A stretch of DNA of 64,000 nucleotides from Chloroflexota bacterium. Its GTDB lineage: Bacteria > Chloroflexota > Anaerolineae > JAAYZQ01. The stretch is taken from positions 50,629-114,628 of the forward strand of contig JAGVRI010000005.1 of assembly GCA_018606645.1 (NCBI GenBank), given 5' to 3'. The notes beneath the pieces were generated by a model. It saw only the letters and a program-made list of their open reading frames with translations, did not search any database and was not told where the DNA came from. The translations under genes and the position numbers were made by a program. Every line of letters starts with the position of its first letter. Position 1 is the stretch's first letter. Below are positions 29,719 to 39,363 of the stretch, piece by piece.

Positions 29719-29823
29719 CCGACAGCACTCCTGTCAAGTCGGCGTACGATAGTCGGTATTGAGCGTATACACGAGAATTTCGGGAACCGTCATTCCGTGT
29801 CCCACTTTCTAGCATCGCAGACA

Positions 29824-30861
29824 TTAACGGAGCAGCGTCATTTCGCCGCGAATTACCTGCCAGATCGTCACCCGGGCATTTTGCCGGTTGCCATCGGGTC
29901 GAAAAAGAACCGGGCCCGTCACCCCTACAAAGTCGTTCAGGCCCTTCAATTCTGCCAGCACGGCGCCTCGGTCGGGCGCTCCAGTTCGACGGATCGCCTC
30001 CAGCAAGATACAGGCCGCGTCATAGGCTTCTGGTCCAAAGATGGGGCAATCACCATACCGGCCCTGGTATCTGTTCAGAAACGTTTGGGCTTTAGGCATG
30101 GACCATGCATCCACTCCGGCATAGGTTTCGTACACTCCCTCTGCCGCTTCCCCTGCCAGCCGTGGGAATGGTGAGCCACGGCCGCCATCCGCTCCGAAAA
30201 GCTGGGCGCGGACCCCTGCCGCCCGTAAGGCACGGGTCAAGAAGGCGCTCTCGATCTCGGTTAATCCGAAATAGATCAGGTCGCATTCTACCGCCTTGAG
30301 GCGGTTCACCGTGTCTCCAAACGCTCTTTGCCCCAGCCGGATCGCTTCCACCAGGACCATTTGTGCTCCACCCTGACGGATGGTTGAGATAAATGCCTCG
30401 GCCAGAGGACATCCATAGTCAGTATTGTCATGGACCACCGCCACCCGCTGCACCTGAAGGACATCGAGAGCGTATCGGGCAGCGGCTGCTGCCTGGTCGT
30501 CATTGGTGGCACATACCCGAAAAAAGGTCTGCCATCCCTGGCGCGCCAGATCCGAATTGGTAGAAGAGGGAGTGATCTGGGCGAGCCCGCCGGCGGCATA
30601 CACTGCACCGGCTGCCCGCGACGGGCCGCTGTTTTTGTGCCCTACCACCCCTACTACCTCGCTATCTTTGATCAAAACCTGAGCCAGCTCCCGCGCCTTA
30701 TGCGGGTCTGCCTGGTCATCCAACGCCAACAGTTCTACAGGAAAGGGAACCTGGCCAGCTTCTCGGGCCTCTTCTATCGCCAGCGCCACGGCGTGCATCA
30801 TCGGGATGCCTACCACCGATTCAGGACCCGATAATGGGGCCAGGAATGCGATCTTGGCCAT
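29824..30861 (-). CDS. type-I periplasmic-binding-fold protein (LivJ/AmiC-like) lacking a signal peptide
   Basis: Paralog of the 28112-29203 gene (IAFLAPLSGPESVVGIPMMHAVALAIEEA). The start was chosen at MAKIAFL (ATG at 30861, preceded by GGAAGGGGAG). Even the longest ORF (to 30963) has no signal peptide. Confidence 0.75.
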   Translation of the reverse strand: MAKIAFLAPLSGPESVVGIPMMHAVALAIEEAREAGQVPFPVELLALDDQADPHKARELAQVLIKDSEVVGVVGHKNSGPSRAAGAVYAAGGLAQITPSSTNSDLARQGWQTFFRVCATNDDQAAAAARYALDVLQVQRVAVVHDNTDYGCPLAEAFISTIRQGGAQMVLVEAIRLGQRAFGDTVNRLKAVECDLIYFGLTEIESAFLTRALRAAGVRAQLFGADGGRGSPFPRLAGEAAEGVYETYAGVDAWSMPKAQTFLNRYQGRYGDCPIFGPEAYDAACILLEAIRRTGAPDRGAVLAELKGLNDFVGVTGPVLFRPDGNRQNARVTIWQVIRGEMTLLR

Positions 30862-30967
30862 CACTCCCCTTCCACCAACTCCGATCGTGCTAAATTCAGC
30901 CCACGCCTGTCTAAGAAAAGAGTCGGGTGGTGGCTTCGCACCAGGGAGCCACCACCCGGTCATCTAC

Positions 30968-32674
30968 CTATTTGGCGCACAGATAGGGATCGACCTTCCA
31001 GGCTTCGTTGAACACATATCCCTTGACCCACTGGCGAATGGCAATGGCCTTACCAGGCTGGACCAGCGGAACAAAGGGCCCTTTCATCTGCATATAGGCC
31101 TGGATATCGCTCCAGATCTCGGCACGTTTCTTGGGGTCCATCTCGACCGCAGCCGCGTCGCGCAGGTCTTTGATTTCTTGATCCGCCCGCTCATCGGTCC
31201 ACTGCGCCCGCAGACCGACAATCCCTTCTGGCAGGAATTCCAGATAGTCCGAGACGTCGTAATAGTCCGCGCCCCACATCCAGAAGGAGAAGCCTTCCTC
31301 GCCAGCTCGATAGCGAGCCAGCACGGTCATCAACTCGCCGGGCTTGAGGGTGACATTGATCCCTACTTCGGCCAGGTCTGCCTGCACCTTCTCGGCGATG
31401 ATATCAAAATCCACACCGCTGCGGGCAAACTTGGTGGGGTATTCCATCTCGATGTCAAAGCCGTTCGGATAACCTGCCTCGGCCAACAATTGTTTGGCCT
31501 TGTCCAGGTCTCGCTTGATGGCTCGATCGGGCCCCCAGGCGCCCATGAAGCCATAGGGTACAATGGTGGCGGGAGTGATGGCCGAACCACCCACTAGCGA
31601 CAGGATACCCTCATAGTCAATGGCGTACCGGATCGCCATGCGCACCCGTTCATCGCTCATGATGCCGTTAGTCAGGTCAGGGTTCATGTTGCATAGCAAG
31701 AAGAACATATCAGTGCCCAGGCCCTCGATCACCTTGATCTGCGGGTTAGCCTCCAGGGCCGGAACCTGATCGCCCTTGATCTCAGTGGCAATATCAATAT
31801 CCCCAGCTTCCAGGGTAAGTTTCTGGGTTGCCGCATCGGGAATATGGCGATAAATGACCCGATCAAAGAAAGCAGGCCCCCGCCAGTAGTCCGGGAACTT
31901 TTCCACGACCACCTCGGTTTCGGGCACCCAGCTCTTGAGGACAAACGGACCGGTCCCGGCCGAGTTCTGGTTCAGCCACTCCTCCGCTTTGTCGGTCTGG
32001 TCCGCATCGGGTCCGCTGGTCCCGCCATGCTCCATCACCGTCTTGCTGTCCAGGACGGCAAAGACAAAGAAGGTGGACTTGGCCAGGAAGGCCGGGTCGG
32101 GCTTTTCTTTGGTCACAACCACCGTATAGTCGTCCGGAGTGTCAATGCTGACCACCCCATCGAACAGGAAGGAGGGGTTGCCCTTGAGTCCCATCGCCCG
32201 TTCCCAGGACCATTTCACATCGGCAGCGGTCATCTCGTTGCCGCTGTGGAATTTGACCCCTTTCCTCAGTTTGAAGGTAAAGACCTTGCCATCCTCGGAG
32301 ACCGTCCAGCTCTCGGCCAGATCGGGGACGATCTCGCTCACGTTGTCGTCGGCCCAGGTGACCAGCGTATTGTACGTCGCTTTGTGAACCATGCCGGCCA
32401 CGATCTCAAAGGCCCGGCCTGGGTCCAGCGTGGTCTGGTCAAAACCGGCGCCGATGACCAACTCCTTGGGCTTGGGAGCCACTTCCTGGGGCACCACCAC
32501 GGTCTCTTTGACCACCACTTCCTGGGTCACGACCTTTTCCACGACCTGGGGAGTGCCGGCCACCACCACCGTTTCCTTGACCACCTGGGGAGTGGGCGTT
32601 GGGGCGCACCCGGCCAACGCCAGGCTCGCCAACGCAATGACAGACAAAAGTACCAGCCACTTTCTGGAAATCAT
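30968..32674 (-). CDS. ABC transporter substrate-binding lipoprotein, family 5 (oligopeptide/nickel type)
   Basis: 568 aa. Lipoprotein signal (LLSVIALASLALAGC) and a Val/Glu/Thr-rich linker, then a DppA/OppA-like fold. Confidence 0.8.
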   Translation of the reverse strand: MISRKWLVLLSVIALASLALAGCAPTPTPQVVKETVVVAGTPQVVEKVVTQEVVVKETVVVPQEVAPKPKELVIGAGFDQTTLDPGRAFEIVAGMVHKATYNTLVTWADDNVSEIVPDLAESWTVSEDGKVFTFKLRKGVKFHSGNEMTAADVKWSWERAMGLKGNPSFLFDGVVSIDTPDDYTVVVTKEKPDPAFLAKSTFFVFAVLDSKTVMEHGGTSGPDADQTDKAEEWLNQNSAGTGPFVLKSWVPETEVVVEKFPDYWRGPAFFDRVIYRHIPDAATQKLTLEAGDIDIATEIKGDQVPALEANPQIKVIEGLGTDMFFLLCNMNPDLTNGIMSDERVRMAIRYAIDYEGILSLVGGSAITPATIVPYGFMGAWGPDRAIKRDLDKAKQLLAEAGYPNGFDIEMEYPTKFARSGVDFDIIAEKVQADLAEVGINVTLKPGELMTVLARYRAGEEGFSFWMWGADYYDVSDYLEFLPEGIVGLRAQWTDERADQEIKDLRDAAAVEMDPKKRAEIWSDIQAYMQMKGPFVPLVQPGKAIAIRQWVKGYVFNEAWKVDPYLCAK

Positions 32675-33050
32675 CCTTTCCTCCCTTTAATCAAGTTTCT
32701 TTCATACGGTTTCCGGATGCACCAGCAACTAGAAGATCAACCCCGATACGATCACCCCCTTCCCAAGGATCACTCCAGAAAAAAATGAATACGCCCTCAG
32801 ATGCACTACTAACACTAACACTGCGAACGATAGCTGGATCCGGTTGGATTGCGGACGGTTTGGAGTCCAGGCACCGTAACCGAAACTGGTTCAACAAGAC
32901 AACAGTTGCCCAGGCAGCATATCCTGCATCATTCAGAATACAAAATGCTATTTTGTGTTTGCGCCATTATATCATAGCCGTCGGGGCTTGTCAAGTATGG
33001 CGCGATAAAATTTTGGGGACACCCGAACCTCCGTTTCGCACGTCATAGAT

Positions 33051-33079
33051 TTGAGACTTTGACCAAGCCATGCTACAAT
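33051..33079 (+). promoter_or_regulatory. sigma-70-type promoter (TTGAGA -17 nt- TACAAT) upstream of the methyltransferase gene
   Basis: TTGAGA at 33051-33056 and TACAAT at 33074-33079 with a 17-nt spacer, about 70 nt upstream of the ATG at 33151. Confidence 0.5.
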
Positions 33080-33150
33080 GAGGGGCGGATCGATACGGAT
33101 GGGGCAGGGAAAGGTGTTGGACAGACTCGATTGAGAAGGCTTGAGCGGGG

Positions 33151-33852
33151 ATGAATTACTTTAGTTTGGCACAGCGGGTCGCCGAGGGTTCGGTCCTGGA
33201 GCCGAAAGCCTTGGCCTGGTTTTACGGTACGCTGACCCAGGCACCTGGGGTGCGCACCATACATCAACGTTGCGTTGTGCATGTACTGGCCCAGGGGATC
33301 ACCCACGGGGTGGCGCTGGATCTGGGCACAGGGCCGGGCCTGGTGGCTGTCGAGATCGCCCAACGGCTACCGGGACTGCGCGTGATCGGTCTCGATTTGG
33401 CCGCCCCCATGGTAAAGGCGGCCCATCGGCGGGCGAAACGGATCGGGGTGGACGGTCGTGGCCTCTGGCCGCAGGCGGATGGACATTTTCTGCCCTTCGC
33501 CGATGGCAGTTTTGATCTGGTTTTCAGCACCTTTGCCCTGCACCATTGGTGTGATCCGTTGGCAGTCCTGAACGAAATGGCGCGGGTCCTGAAACCAGGG
33601 GGACGCTACTTGATTGCCGATCTGTGCCGCGAGGTCACCCTTTGGCAGCGGCTTTTTGCCTACGCCACAATTCCGGCGGTGAGTCTGCCCCTCGGCAGTT
33701 ACCGGGGCTATGGCGGCTACTATGAATCGGTGCGGGGCGGATACACACGCGAGGAGGCACGGGCGCTATTGCAGCAGTCGGCTCTGCCCCCGGGAGAGGT
33801 CAGGCTGGACTCGACCTGGTTCGTGTCGGTACTGATTATCGCTTCCGGGTGA
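33151..33852 (+). CDS. class I SAM-dependent methyltransferase
   Basis: Motif I (VALDLGTGPGLVAV) and MT type-11 features (FDLVFSTFALHHW, LKPGGRYLIAD). Confidence 0.8.
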   Translation: MNYFSLAQRVAEGSVLEPKALAWFYGTLTQAPGVRTIHQRCVVHVLAQGITHGVALDLGTGPGLVAVEIAQRLPGLRVIGLDLAAPMVKAAHRRAKRIGVDGRGLWPQADGHFLPFADGSFDLVFSTFALHHWCDPLAVLNEMARVLKPGGRYLIADLCREVTLWQRLFAYATIPAVSLPLGSYRGYGGYYESVRGGYTREEARALLQQSALPPGEVRLDSTWFVSVLIIASG

Positions 33853-33899
33853 ATTGAGATCTTGGCAGCGAGTGGTTTTGTGGTTCATAAGCGGGAGGG

Positions 33900-35297
33900 A
33901 TGGTGAGACGAACAGATTATGACGTGATCATTGTAGGGGCTGGTCCGGCCGGCATTTTTGCCGCCATGGAGATCTCTCAATCAGTGCGTTGTCGGATGTT
34001 GATGCTGGACAAGGGGCCTTCTCTGAATAAGCGCCGATGCCCGGCCCGGGAGAAGGGCCGCTGCATGAAGTGCGCCACCTGTGCCCTGGTGACCGGTTGG
34101 GGAGGGTCGGGAGCTTTCAGCGACGGGAAACTCACCCTGACCACCCAGGTAGGGGGGTTACTGGCCGAGATCCGGGGAGAAGAAGAGGCAGCACGACTGG
34201 TGCATCAGGTGGATGATATCTGGGTGCGCTTTGGAGCCGATGGAGAACCGTACAGCGGTGATCTGGACCGTATCGAAGAGATCGCCCGACGGGCCGCCCT
34301 GGCCGGACTGCGGTTGCAGCACTACCCGATCCGCCATCTGGGCACTGAGCGCAGCGGCGACATCCTGGGAGCGATGTATCTGGAATTGATCAGCCGCGGG
34401 GTCGAGGTCCGAACCGGTACCGAAGTGACTCATATCTTGCACAGCGATGGAGTAGTCATTGGCGTGGAGACGGCGAACGGCGAGCGGCTGACCAGTTCAT
34501 ATGTGGTGGTGGCTCCCGGTCGGGAGGGGGCCGATTGGCTCACTCAACTGGCCCGGGAACTGAACCTGAGCCTGAGCATCAACCCGGTTGATATTGGCGT
34601 CCGGGTGGAGCTTCCCGCTCAGGTCTTTGCCCCACTGACCGATCTGCTCTATGAACCCAAGTTCGTCTACTTTTCCTCCGCGTTCGATGACCGGGTGCGG
34701 ACCTTTTGCGTCTGCCCCTATGGTGAGGTGGTCACCGAATGGGCCGGCGACGTGATGACCGTGAACGGTCACTCCTACGCCCATCAAAAGACAGAAAATA
34801 CCAATTTTGCCGTGTTGGTCAGCAAGAACTTTACCGAACCGTTCAAGGAGCCGATCGCCTATGGTCGCTATATTGCCCGGTTGGCGAACCTGCTGTCAGG
34901 CGGGATCATCGTCCAGCGCCTGGGTGATCTGCGCGCCGGCCGGCGCACCACCGCCCAACGCCTGGAGCGATGTATCACCCGTCCTACCCTGAAAGAAGCC
35001 ACCCCTGGAGATCTGAATCTGGTATTGCCCTATCGCTACGTGGTGAACATTCTGGAGATGATCGACGCTCTGGAGAAGGTAGCCCCTGGCGTCGCTTCCA
35101 GACATACCTTACTCTACGGCGTCGAGGCCAAATTCTATTCCTCACGTCTCAAATTGACCCGGGACCTGGAGACCGAGGTGCGTAATTTGTTTGCCGCCGG
35201 CGATGGGGCCGGGGTCACCCGAGGGTTGGTCCAGGCATCTGCTTCGGGTCTGATCGTGGCTCGCGCGATTTTGGAGCGTCTCAAGGAAGCCGGTTGA
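33900..35297 (+). CDS. FAD-dependent oxidoreductase (COG2509-like uncharacterised FAD-dependent dehydrogenase)
   Basis: DYDVIIVGAGPAGIFAAMEI Rossmann motif and a Cys-rich insert (CPAREKGRCMKCATC). 465 aa. Confidence 0.65.
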   Translation: MVRRTDYDVIIVGAGPAGIFAAMEISQSVRCRMLMLDKGPSLNKRRCPAREKGRCMKCATCALVTGWGGSGAFSDGKLTLTTQVGGLLAEIRGEEEAARLVHQVDDIWVRFGADGEPYSGDLDRIEEIARRAALAGLRLQHYPIRHLGTERSGDILGAMYLELISRGVEVRTGTEVTHILHSDGVVIGVETANGERLTSSYVVVAPGREGADWLTQLARELNLSLSINPVDIGVRVELPAQVFAPLTDLLYEPKFVYFSSAFDDRVRTFCVCPYGEVVTEWAGDVMTVNGHSYAHQKTENTNFAVLVSKNFTEPFKEPIAYGRYIARLANLLSGGIIVQRLGDLRAGRRTTAQRLERCITRPTLKEATPGDLNLVLPYRYVVNILEMIDALEKVAPGVASRHTLLYGVEAKFYSSRLKLTRDLETEVRNLFAAGDGAGVTRGLVQASASGLIVARAILERLKEAG

Positions 35298-35309
35298 TCG
35301 AGGTAGGCT

Positions 35310-35867
35310 ATGCCTTTCAAGTTCCACCGACTGGAAATCCCGGACCTGATATTGATCGAGGGCCAGCGTTTCGACGACGATCGGGGGTTTTTTGCCGAAA
35401 CGTACAAGATGTCGCAGTTTGTGTCCTACGGCATTTCGTCACCCTTTGTCCAGGATAACTGGTCCCACTCCATCCGTGGGGTCCTGCGGGGATTGCACTA
35501 CCAGAAACATCCCAAAGCCCAGGGAAAGTTGGTGATGGTCCTCCGGGGTCAGATCTTTGATGTGGCGGTCGATATCCGCAAAGGTTCGCCGACCTACGGA
35601 CAATGGACCGGAGTGACCCTCAAAGCGGAAGAGTTCCGCATGTTGTACGTGCCTCCGGGATTTGCCCACGGTTTCTGTGTGCTCAGTAACGAAGCGGACG
35701 TCCTGTACAAGGTGACCGCCGAGTACAGTCCGGAGCTCGATCGGGGGATCATCTGGAACGATCCAGAGATCGGCATCCGGTGGCCGATCGCCGATCCCTT
35801 GCTCTCGATCAAGGATGCTCAACTGCCTCCATTGCGGGATGCAGACAACAACTTTCTGGTCGATTAG
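35310..35867 (+). CDS. rfbC: dTDP-4-dehydrorhamnose 3,5-epimerase (RmlC family cupin)
   Basis: Characteristic RmlC motifs (DDRGFFAETY, RGLHYQ, FDVAVDIRKGSPTYGQW, YVPPGFAHGF). Confidence 0.8.
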   Translation: MPFKFHRLEIPDLILIEGQRFDDDRGFFAETYKMSQFVSYGISSPFVQDNWSHSIRGVLRGLHYQKHPKAQGKLVMVLRGQIFDVAVDIRKGSPTYGQWTGVTLKAEEFRMLYVPPGFAHGFCVLSNEADVLYKVTAEYSPELDRGIIWNDPEIGIRWPIADPLLSIKDAQLPPLRDADNNFLVD

Positions 35868-35870
35868 GGA

Positions 35871-37184
35871 ATGCGCTATTACCTGTGGACGATTGGTTGC
35901 CAGATGAATGTCGCCGATTCGCGGCGGATCGCCGAAGAATTGGACCGCCTTGGGTTCCGGGAAACGGCTCGTCCGCAGGATGCTGACCTGATCGTGCTCA
36001 ACACGTGCGTCGTGCGTCGCAGTGCTGAGGACAAGGTACTGGGTCGCTTGACCTCCTTGCAGGGGCTCAAAAGACACAAACCAGAGGTCGGCCTGATAGT
36101 GATCGGCTGCTTTGTCCATGACATCCCGTCCCTGCGACGTCGCTATCCATGGGTGGATGCATTCGTGGAACCCTCCAACATCCCAGCGGTGGTTGAATGG
36201 GTGCGGCAGAGAATTGGAGACAAAAAGCTTGAAGGCGACTCCTTGTTCGTTCGACAGGTTCCCGTCTCGGTCGGGGTGCCGATTAGCTACGGTTGTGACC
36301 ACCGGTGTACCTATTGCATCGTCCGCCTGCGGCGCGGGACAGAGATCAGCCGTCCCATGACAGAGATCCTGGCTGAAGTCCAGGCGCTGGTCAACCGAGG
36401 TGCTAAGGAGGTCACCCTTTTGGGTCAGAACGTGGACTCGTACGGCCATGACTTGCCCCCTGTTGCATTGCCCATCCACGGGGATGGAGCCACAGAGGTG
36501 CGTTCTCCTGATCTGGCCGACCTGTTGGAGGCGGTCCACTCGATCCAGGGATTGGAGCGCATCCGCTTTCTCACTTCCCATCCGGCGGACATGTCGGATC
36601 GGCTCATTGAAACGGTGGCGCGACTCCCCAAGGTGTGCGAACATGTGGAGATACCGGTCCAATCCGGGGACGATACCGTGCTGCGACGCATGGGCCGAAA
36701 CTATACGGTCGCCCAGTATCGGGACCTGGTGCGCCGCATCCGGCAGGCAATGCCCCGGGTCGGGTTGGCGACCGATGTCATCGTCGGCTTCCCGGGCGAA
36801 ACGGAGGACCAGTTTGAGGCCACCTACCGCCTGCTGGAGGAATTGCGGTTTGACGTAGTCCATGTGGCAGCCTATTCGCCACGGCCCGGCACCCCGGCGG
36901 AGCGCCTGCCTGACGACGTGTCCCCCGAAGAAAAGGAGCGTCGTCGCCAGGCCATAGACGATCTGCAGGAACGGATCGCTGCCGAGATCAACGCCCGGTA
37001 TCTTGATCAAACGGTGGAGGTCCTGGTGGAAGGCCGGCACAAAGGCAAATGGCAGGGCCGGACGCGGACCAACAAGCTGGTTTTCTTTGAGATGGGGGAG
37101 AAGGACTGGATGGGGAAACTGGCTCGGGTCCGTATCGTCCGCGCCGGGGCCTGGTCCATGCAAGGCATCGTGGAGGAAGAATGA
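35871..37184 (+). CDS. miaB: radical-SAM methylthiotransferase of the MiaB/RimO family, with TRAM domain (MiaB-like)
   Basis: N-terminal MTTase domain (IGCQMNVADSRRIAEEL), radical SAM CxxxCxxC (CDHRCTYC) and a C-terminal TRAM domain. 437 aa. Confidence 0.75.
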   Translation: MRYYLWTIGCQMNVADSRRIAEELDRLGFRETARPQDADLIVLNTCVVRRSAEDKVLGRLTSLQGLKRHKPEVGLIVIGCFVHDIPSLRRRYPWVDAFVEPSNIPAVVEWVRQRIGDKKLEGDSLFVRQVPVSVGVPISYGCDHRCTYCIVRLRRGTEISRPMTEILAEVQALVNRGAKEVTLLGQNVDSYGHDLPPVALPIHGDGATEVRSPDLADLLEAVHSIQGLERIRFLTSHPADMSDRLIETVARLPKVCEHVEIPVQSGDDTVLRRMGRNYTVAQYRDLVRRIRQAMPRVGLATDVIVGFPGETEDQFEATYRLLEELRFDVVHVAAYSPRPGTPAERLPDDVSPEEKERRRQAIDDLQERIAAEINARYLDQTVEVLVEGRHKGKWQGRTRTNKLVFFEMGEKDWMGKLARVRIVRAGAWSMQGIVEEE

Positions 37185-37996
37185 AACGGTTGATCATCAA
37201 TGCCGATGATATGGGACTGGACATTGGAGTGGTCCGAGGCATTATTGACCTGCACCAGGCAGGGTTGATCACCAGCACCTCCTGCATGACCAACATGCCG
37301 GCCTGGCCTCTGGCCGCCGACTATTTGCGCGAACATCCAGGCCTGGGAGCTGGGGTGCACCTGGTCTTTAACTCCGGCTATCCCGTTCTGCCGAGAGAAC
37401 GGGTGCCGGCGCTGGTGGACTCGGACGGACGGTTTCTGAACGATCAGCAGATCTTGCGCAGCCTGAGGCCGGGGACCACTGCCCAACTCCGCGCCGAGTT
37501 TCGGGCCCAGGTCGAGCGCTTTATTGCTGACGTAGGCCGCCTTCCCGATCATTTGGATAACCACTGTGCCATTTCGTACGTCCGTCCTGACCGCTTCAAG
37601 GTGACTCTGGAACTGGCCAGGGAGTATGGATTGGCGATCCGTGCTCCCTTTGGCGATGATCTGGAGGAGCAGGTGGCGGTGTTGGCCCGTCATAATGACC
37701 TGCCGCCGTGGCTCATCCGCTGGCAGGGAGCGCGCTACCGGCGGCAGGTAGACCGGGCCGGGATCCGCCGCCCCCATACCTTCATCCAGCACTTTTCGAT
37801 GCCGGGGCACCGCACGGCTGAGTATCTGCTGGCGGTGCTGGATGCCTTGCGGGATGGCTGGGTCAGCGAGTTATTGATCCATCCCGGTTATGATGACGGC
37901 TGGCGGGAACAAGACCTGCGGGCGCTTTTCGATCCCCGGGTCCGGGATCGACTGCGTCAACCCGATATCGAACTGGTCCGTTTTTCCGATTTGTAG
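37181..37996 (+). CDS. ChbG/HpnK/YdjC-family carbohydrate deacetylase
   Basis: MKRLIINADDMGL N-terminus and the conserved VHLVFN motif of the YdjC family. Confidence 0.7.
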   Translation: MKRLIINADDMGLDIGVVRGIIDLHQAGLITSTSCMTNMPAWPLAADYLREHPGLGAGVHLVFNSGYPVLPRERVPALVDSDGRFLNDQQILRSLRPGTTAQLRAEFRAQVERFIADVGRLPDHLDNHCAISYVRPDRFKVTLELAREYGLAIRAPFGDDLEEQVAVLARHNDLPPWLIRWQGARYRRQVDRAGIRRPHTFIQHFSMPGHRTAEYLLAVLDALRDGWVSELLIHPGYDDGWREQDLRALFDPRVRDRLRQPDIELVRFSDL

Positions 37997-38038
37997 AGCG
38001 TCTTCAGAGTCTGAGAGAACCGGAGCAGAGGTCTGACC

Positions 38039-38272
38039 ATGGAACTCTCGTCCTTGGGTAAGATGATCGTATTGGTCGGCATCAGTTTGGTGATCGTGGG
38101 TGGGCTGTTGTGGCTGCTGGGACGCACCGGATTCCCGCTGGGTCGCCTGCCCGGCGACATCCACATCGAACGCGACGGCTTTTCCTGCTATGTCCCCCTG
38201 GTGACCATGCTTGTGTTGAGCATCGTCTTGACGATCTTGTTGAACATCATCATCCGCCTGTTGGCCCGCTGA
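38039..38272 (+). CDS. DUF2905-family small membrane protein
   Basis: 77 aa with two TM segments and the GRLPGDI motif. Its stop overlaps the queA start (TGATG). Confidence 0.6.
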   Translation: MELSSLGKMIVLVGISLVIVGGLLWLLGRTGFPLGRLPGDIHIERDGFSCYVPLVTMLVLSIVLTILLNIIIRLLAR

Positions 38273-39342
38273 TGATGAGAACCAGCGATTTTGACTATGA
38301 TCTCCCGCCGGATCGAATCGCCCAGACCCCGGTCGAGCCCCGGGATGCATCCCGGCTGATGGTGGTGCATCGGGCTACGGGTCAGATCGAGCATCGCATC
38401 TTTCGCGAGATCGGCCAGTATCTGCACCCCGGCGACTTGTTAGTCCTTAACCAGACGCGCGTCATTCCGGCGCGGCTCTTCGGTCGCAAAATCCCGACCG
38501 GCGGACGGGTGGAGTTGCTTCTTCTTTCCCGACGCGACGCGCACACGTGGGAAGCCCTGGTGCGGGGCAAAGGTCTGCGCCCGGGCGTGGAGCTGCAATT
38601 GCAAGCGGCCAGAGAACCGTCCCGCACTCCACCCCATCTGCGGGCTAAAATTGTGGCCGAAACCGGCCTGAGCGGTCGCCTGATCCGCTTTGAGCAGCCT
38701 GTCGATCCGTTACTTGACGAGTTGGGGACGATCCCGCTCCCCCCGTATATCCACCAACCGCTGGCCGATCCAGAACGGTACCAGACCGTCTATGGTCGGG
38801 TCAAGGGTTCGGTGGCCGCCTCCACTGCCGGTCTGCATTTCACCATGGAACTGTTGGATCGATTGCAGGGCATGGGGGTGGAAATCGCCTTTCTGACCCT
38901 GCACATTGGCCTGGACACCTTCCAGCCGGTGAAAGAGGAGCAGATCGAACAACACCAGATACACACCGAATGGTACGAACTGACCGAGGCGACGGCAGAA
39001 CGCGTGAACCGTGCCCGGTTGGACGGACGACGGGTGATCGCAGTGGGCACCACTGTGGTCCGTGCCCTCGAATCGGCGGCCAAGGTCCGTGGCGCAGAGA
39101 GCCATGGCGTGGAAGGACAAACCGTGTCCGCCTACGCCGGCCCGACCGACCTGTTCATCTACCCCGGTTATCAGTTCCGGGTGGTGGATGCGATGATCAC
39201 CAATTTCCACCTGCCGCGCAGCACCCTCTTGATGCTCGTTTCGGCCTTTGCCAGTCGGGAACTGATCTTTCGCGCCTATCAGGAGGCAATCCGCCTTGGC
39301 TATCGCTTCTTCTCGTTCGGGGATGCCATGCTGTTGCTATAG
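38272..39342 (+). CDS. queA: S-adenosylmethionine:tRNA ribosyltransferase-isomerase
   Basis: MMRTSDFDYDLPPDRIAQTPVEPRDASRLMV N-terminus and the ...MITNFHLPRSTLLMLVSAF C-terminal motif are typical of QueA. The start is at the ATG at 38272, not the longer ORF from 38110. Confidence 0.9.
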   Translation: MMRTSDFDYDLPPDRIAQTPVEPRDASRLMVVHRATGQIEHRIFREIGQYLHPGDLLVLNQTRVIPARLFGRKIPTGGRVELLLLSRRDAHTWEALVRGKGLRPGVELQLQAAREPSRTPPHLRAKIVAETGLSGRLIRFEQPVDPLLDELGTIPLPPYIHQPLADPERYQTVYGRVKGSVAASTAGLHFTMELLDRLQGMGVEIAFLTLHIGLDTFQPVKEEQIEQHQIHTEWYELTEATAERVNRARLDGRRVIAVGTTVVRALESAAKVRGAESHGVEGQTVSAYAGPTDLFIYPGYQFRVVDAMITNFHLPRSTLLMLVSAFASRELIFRAYQEAIRLGYRFFSFGDAMLLL

Positions 39343-39363
39343 AGCCATCTGGTGGCTCGAGCC

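Noticed and set aside
35439-37163. 574-aa minus-strand ORF
   Set aside because: Antisense to miaB and part of rmlC. The sense-strand proteins have clear radical-SAM and cupin motifs, and this ORF has none.
38110-38271. N-terminal extension of queA ORF
   Set aside because: It overlaps the DUF2905 gene. QueA homology (FDYDLP) begins at the ATG at 38272.
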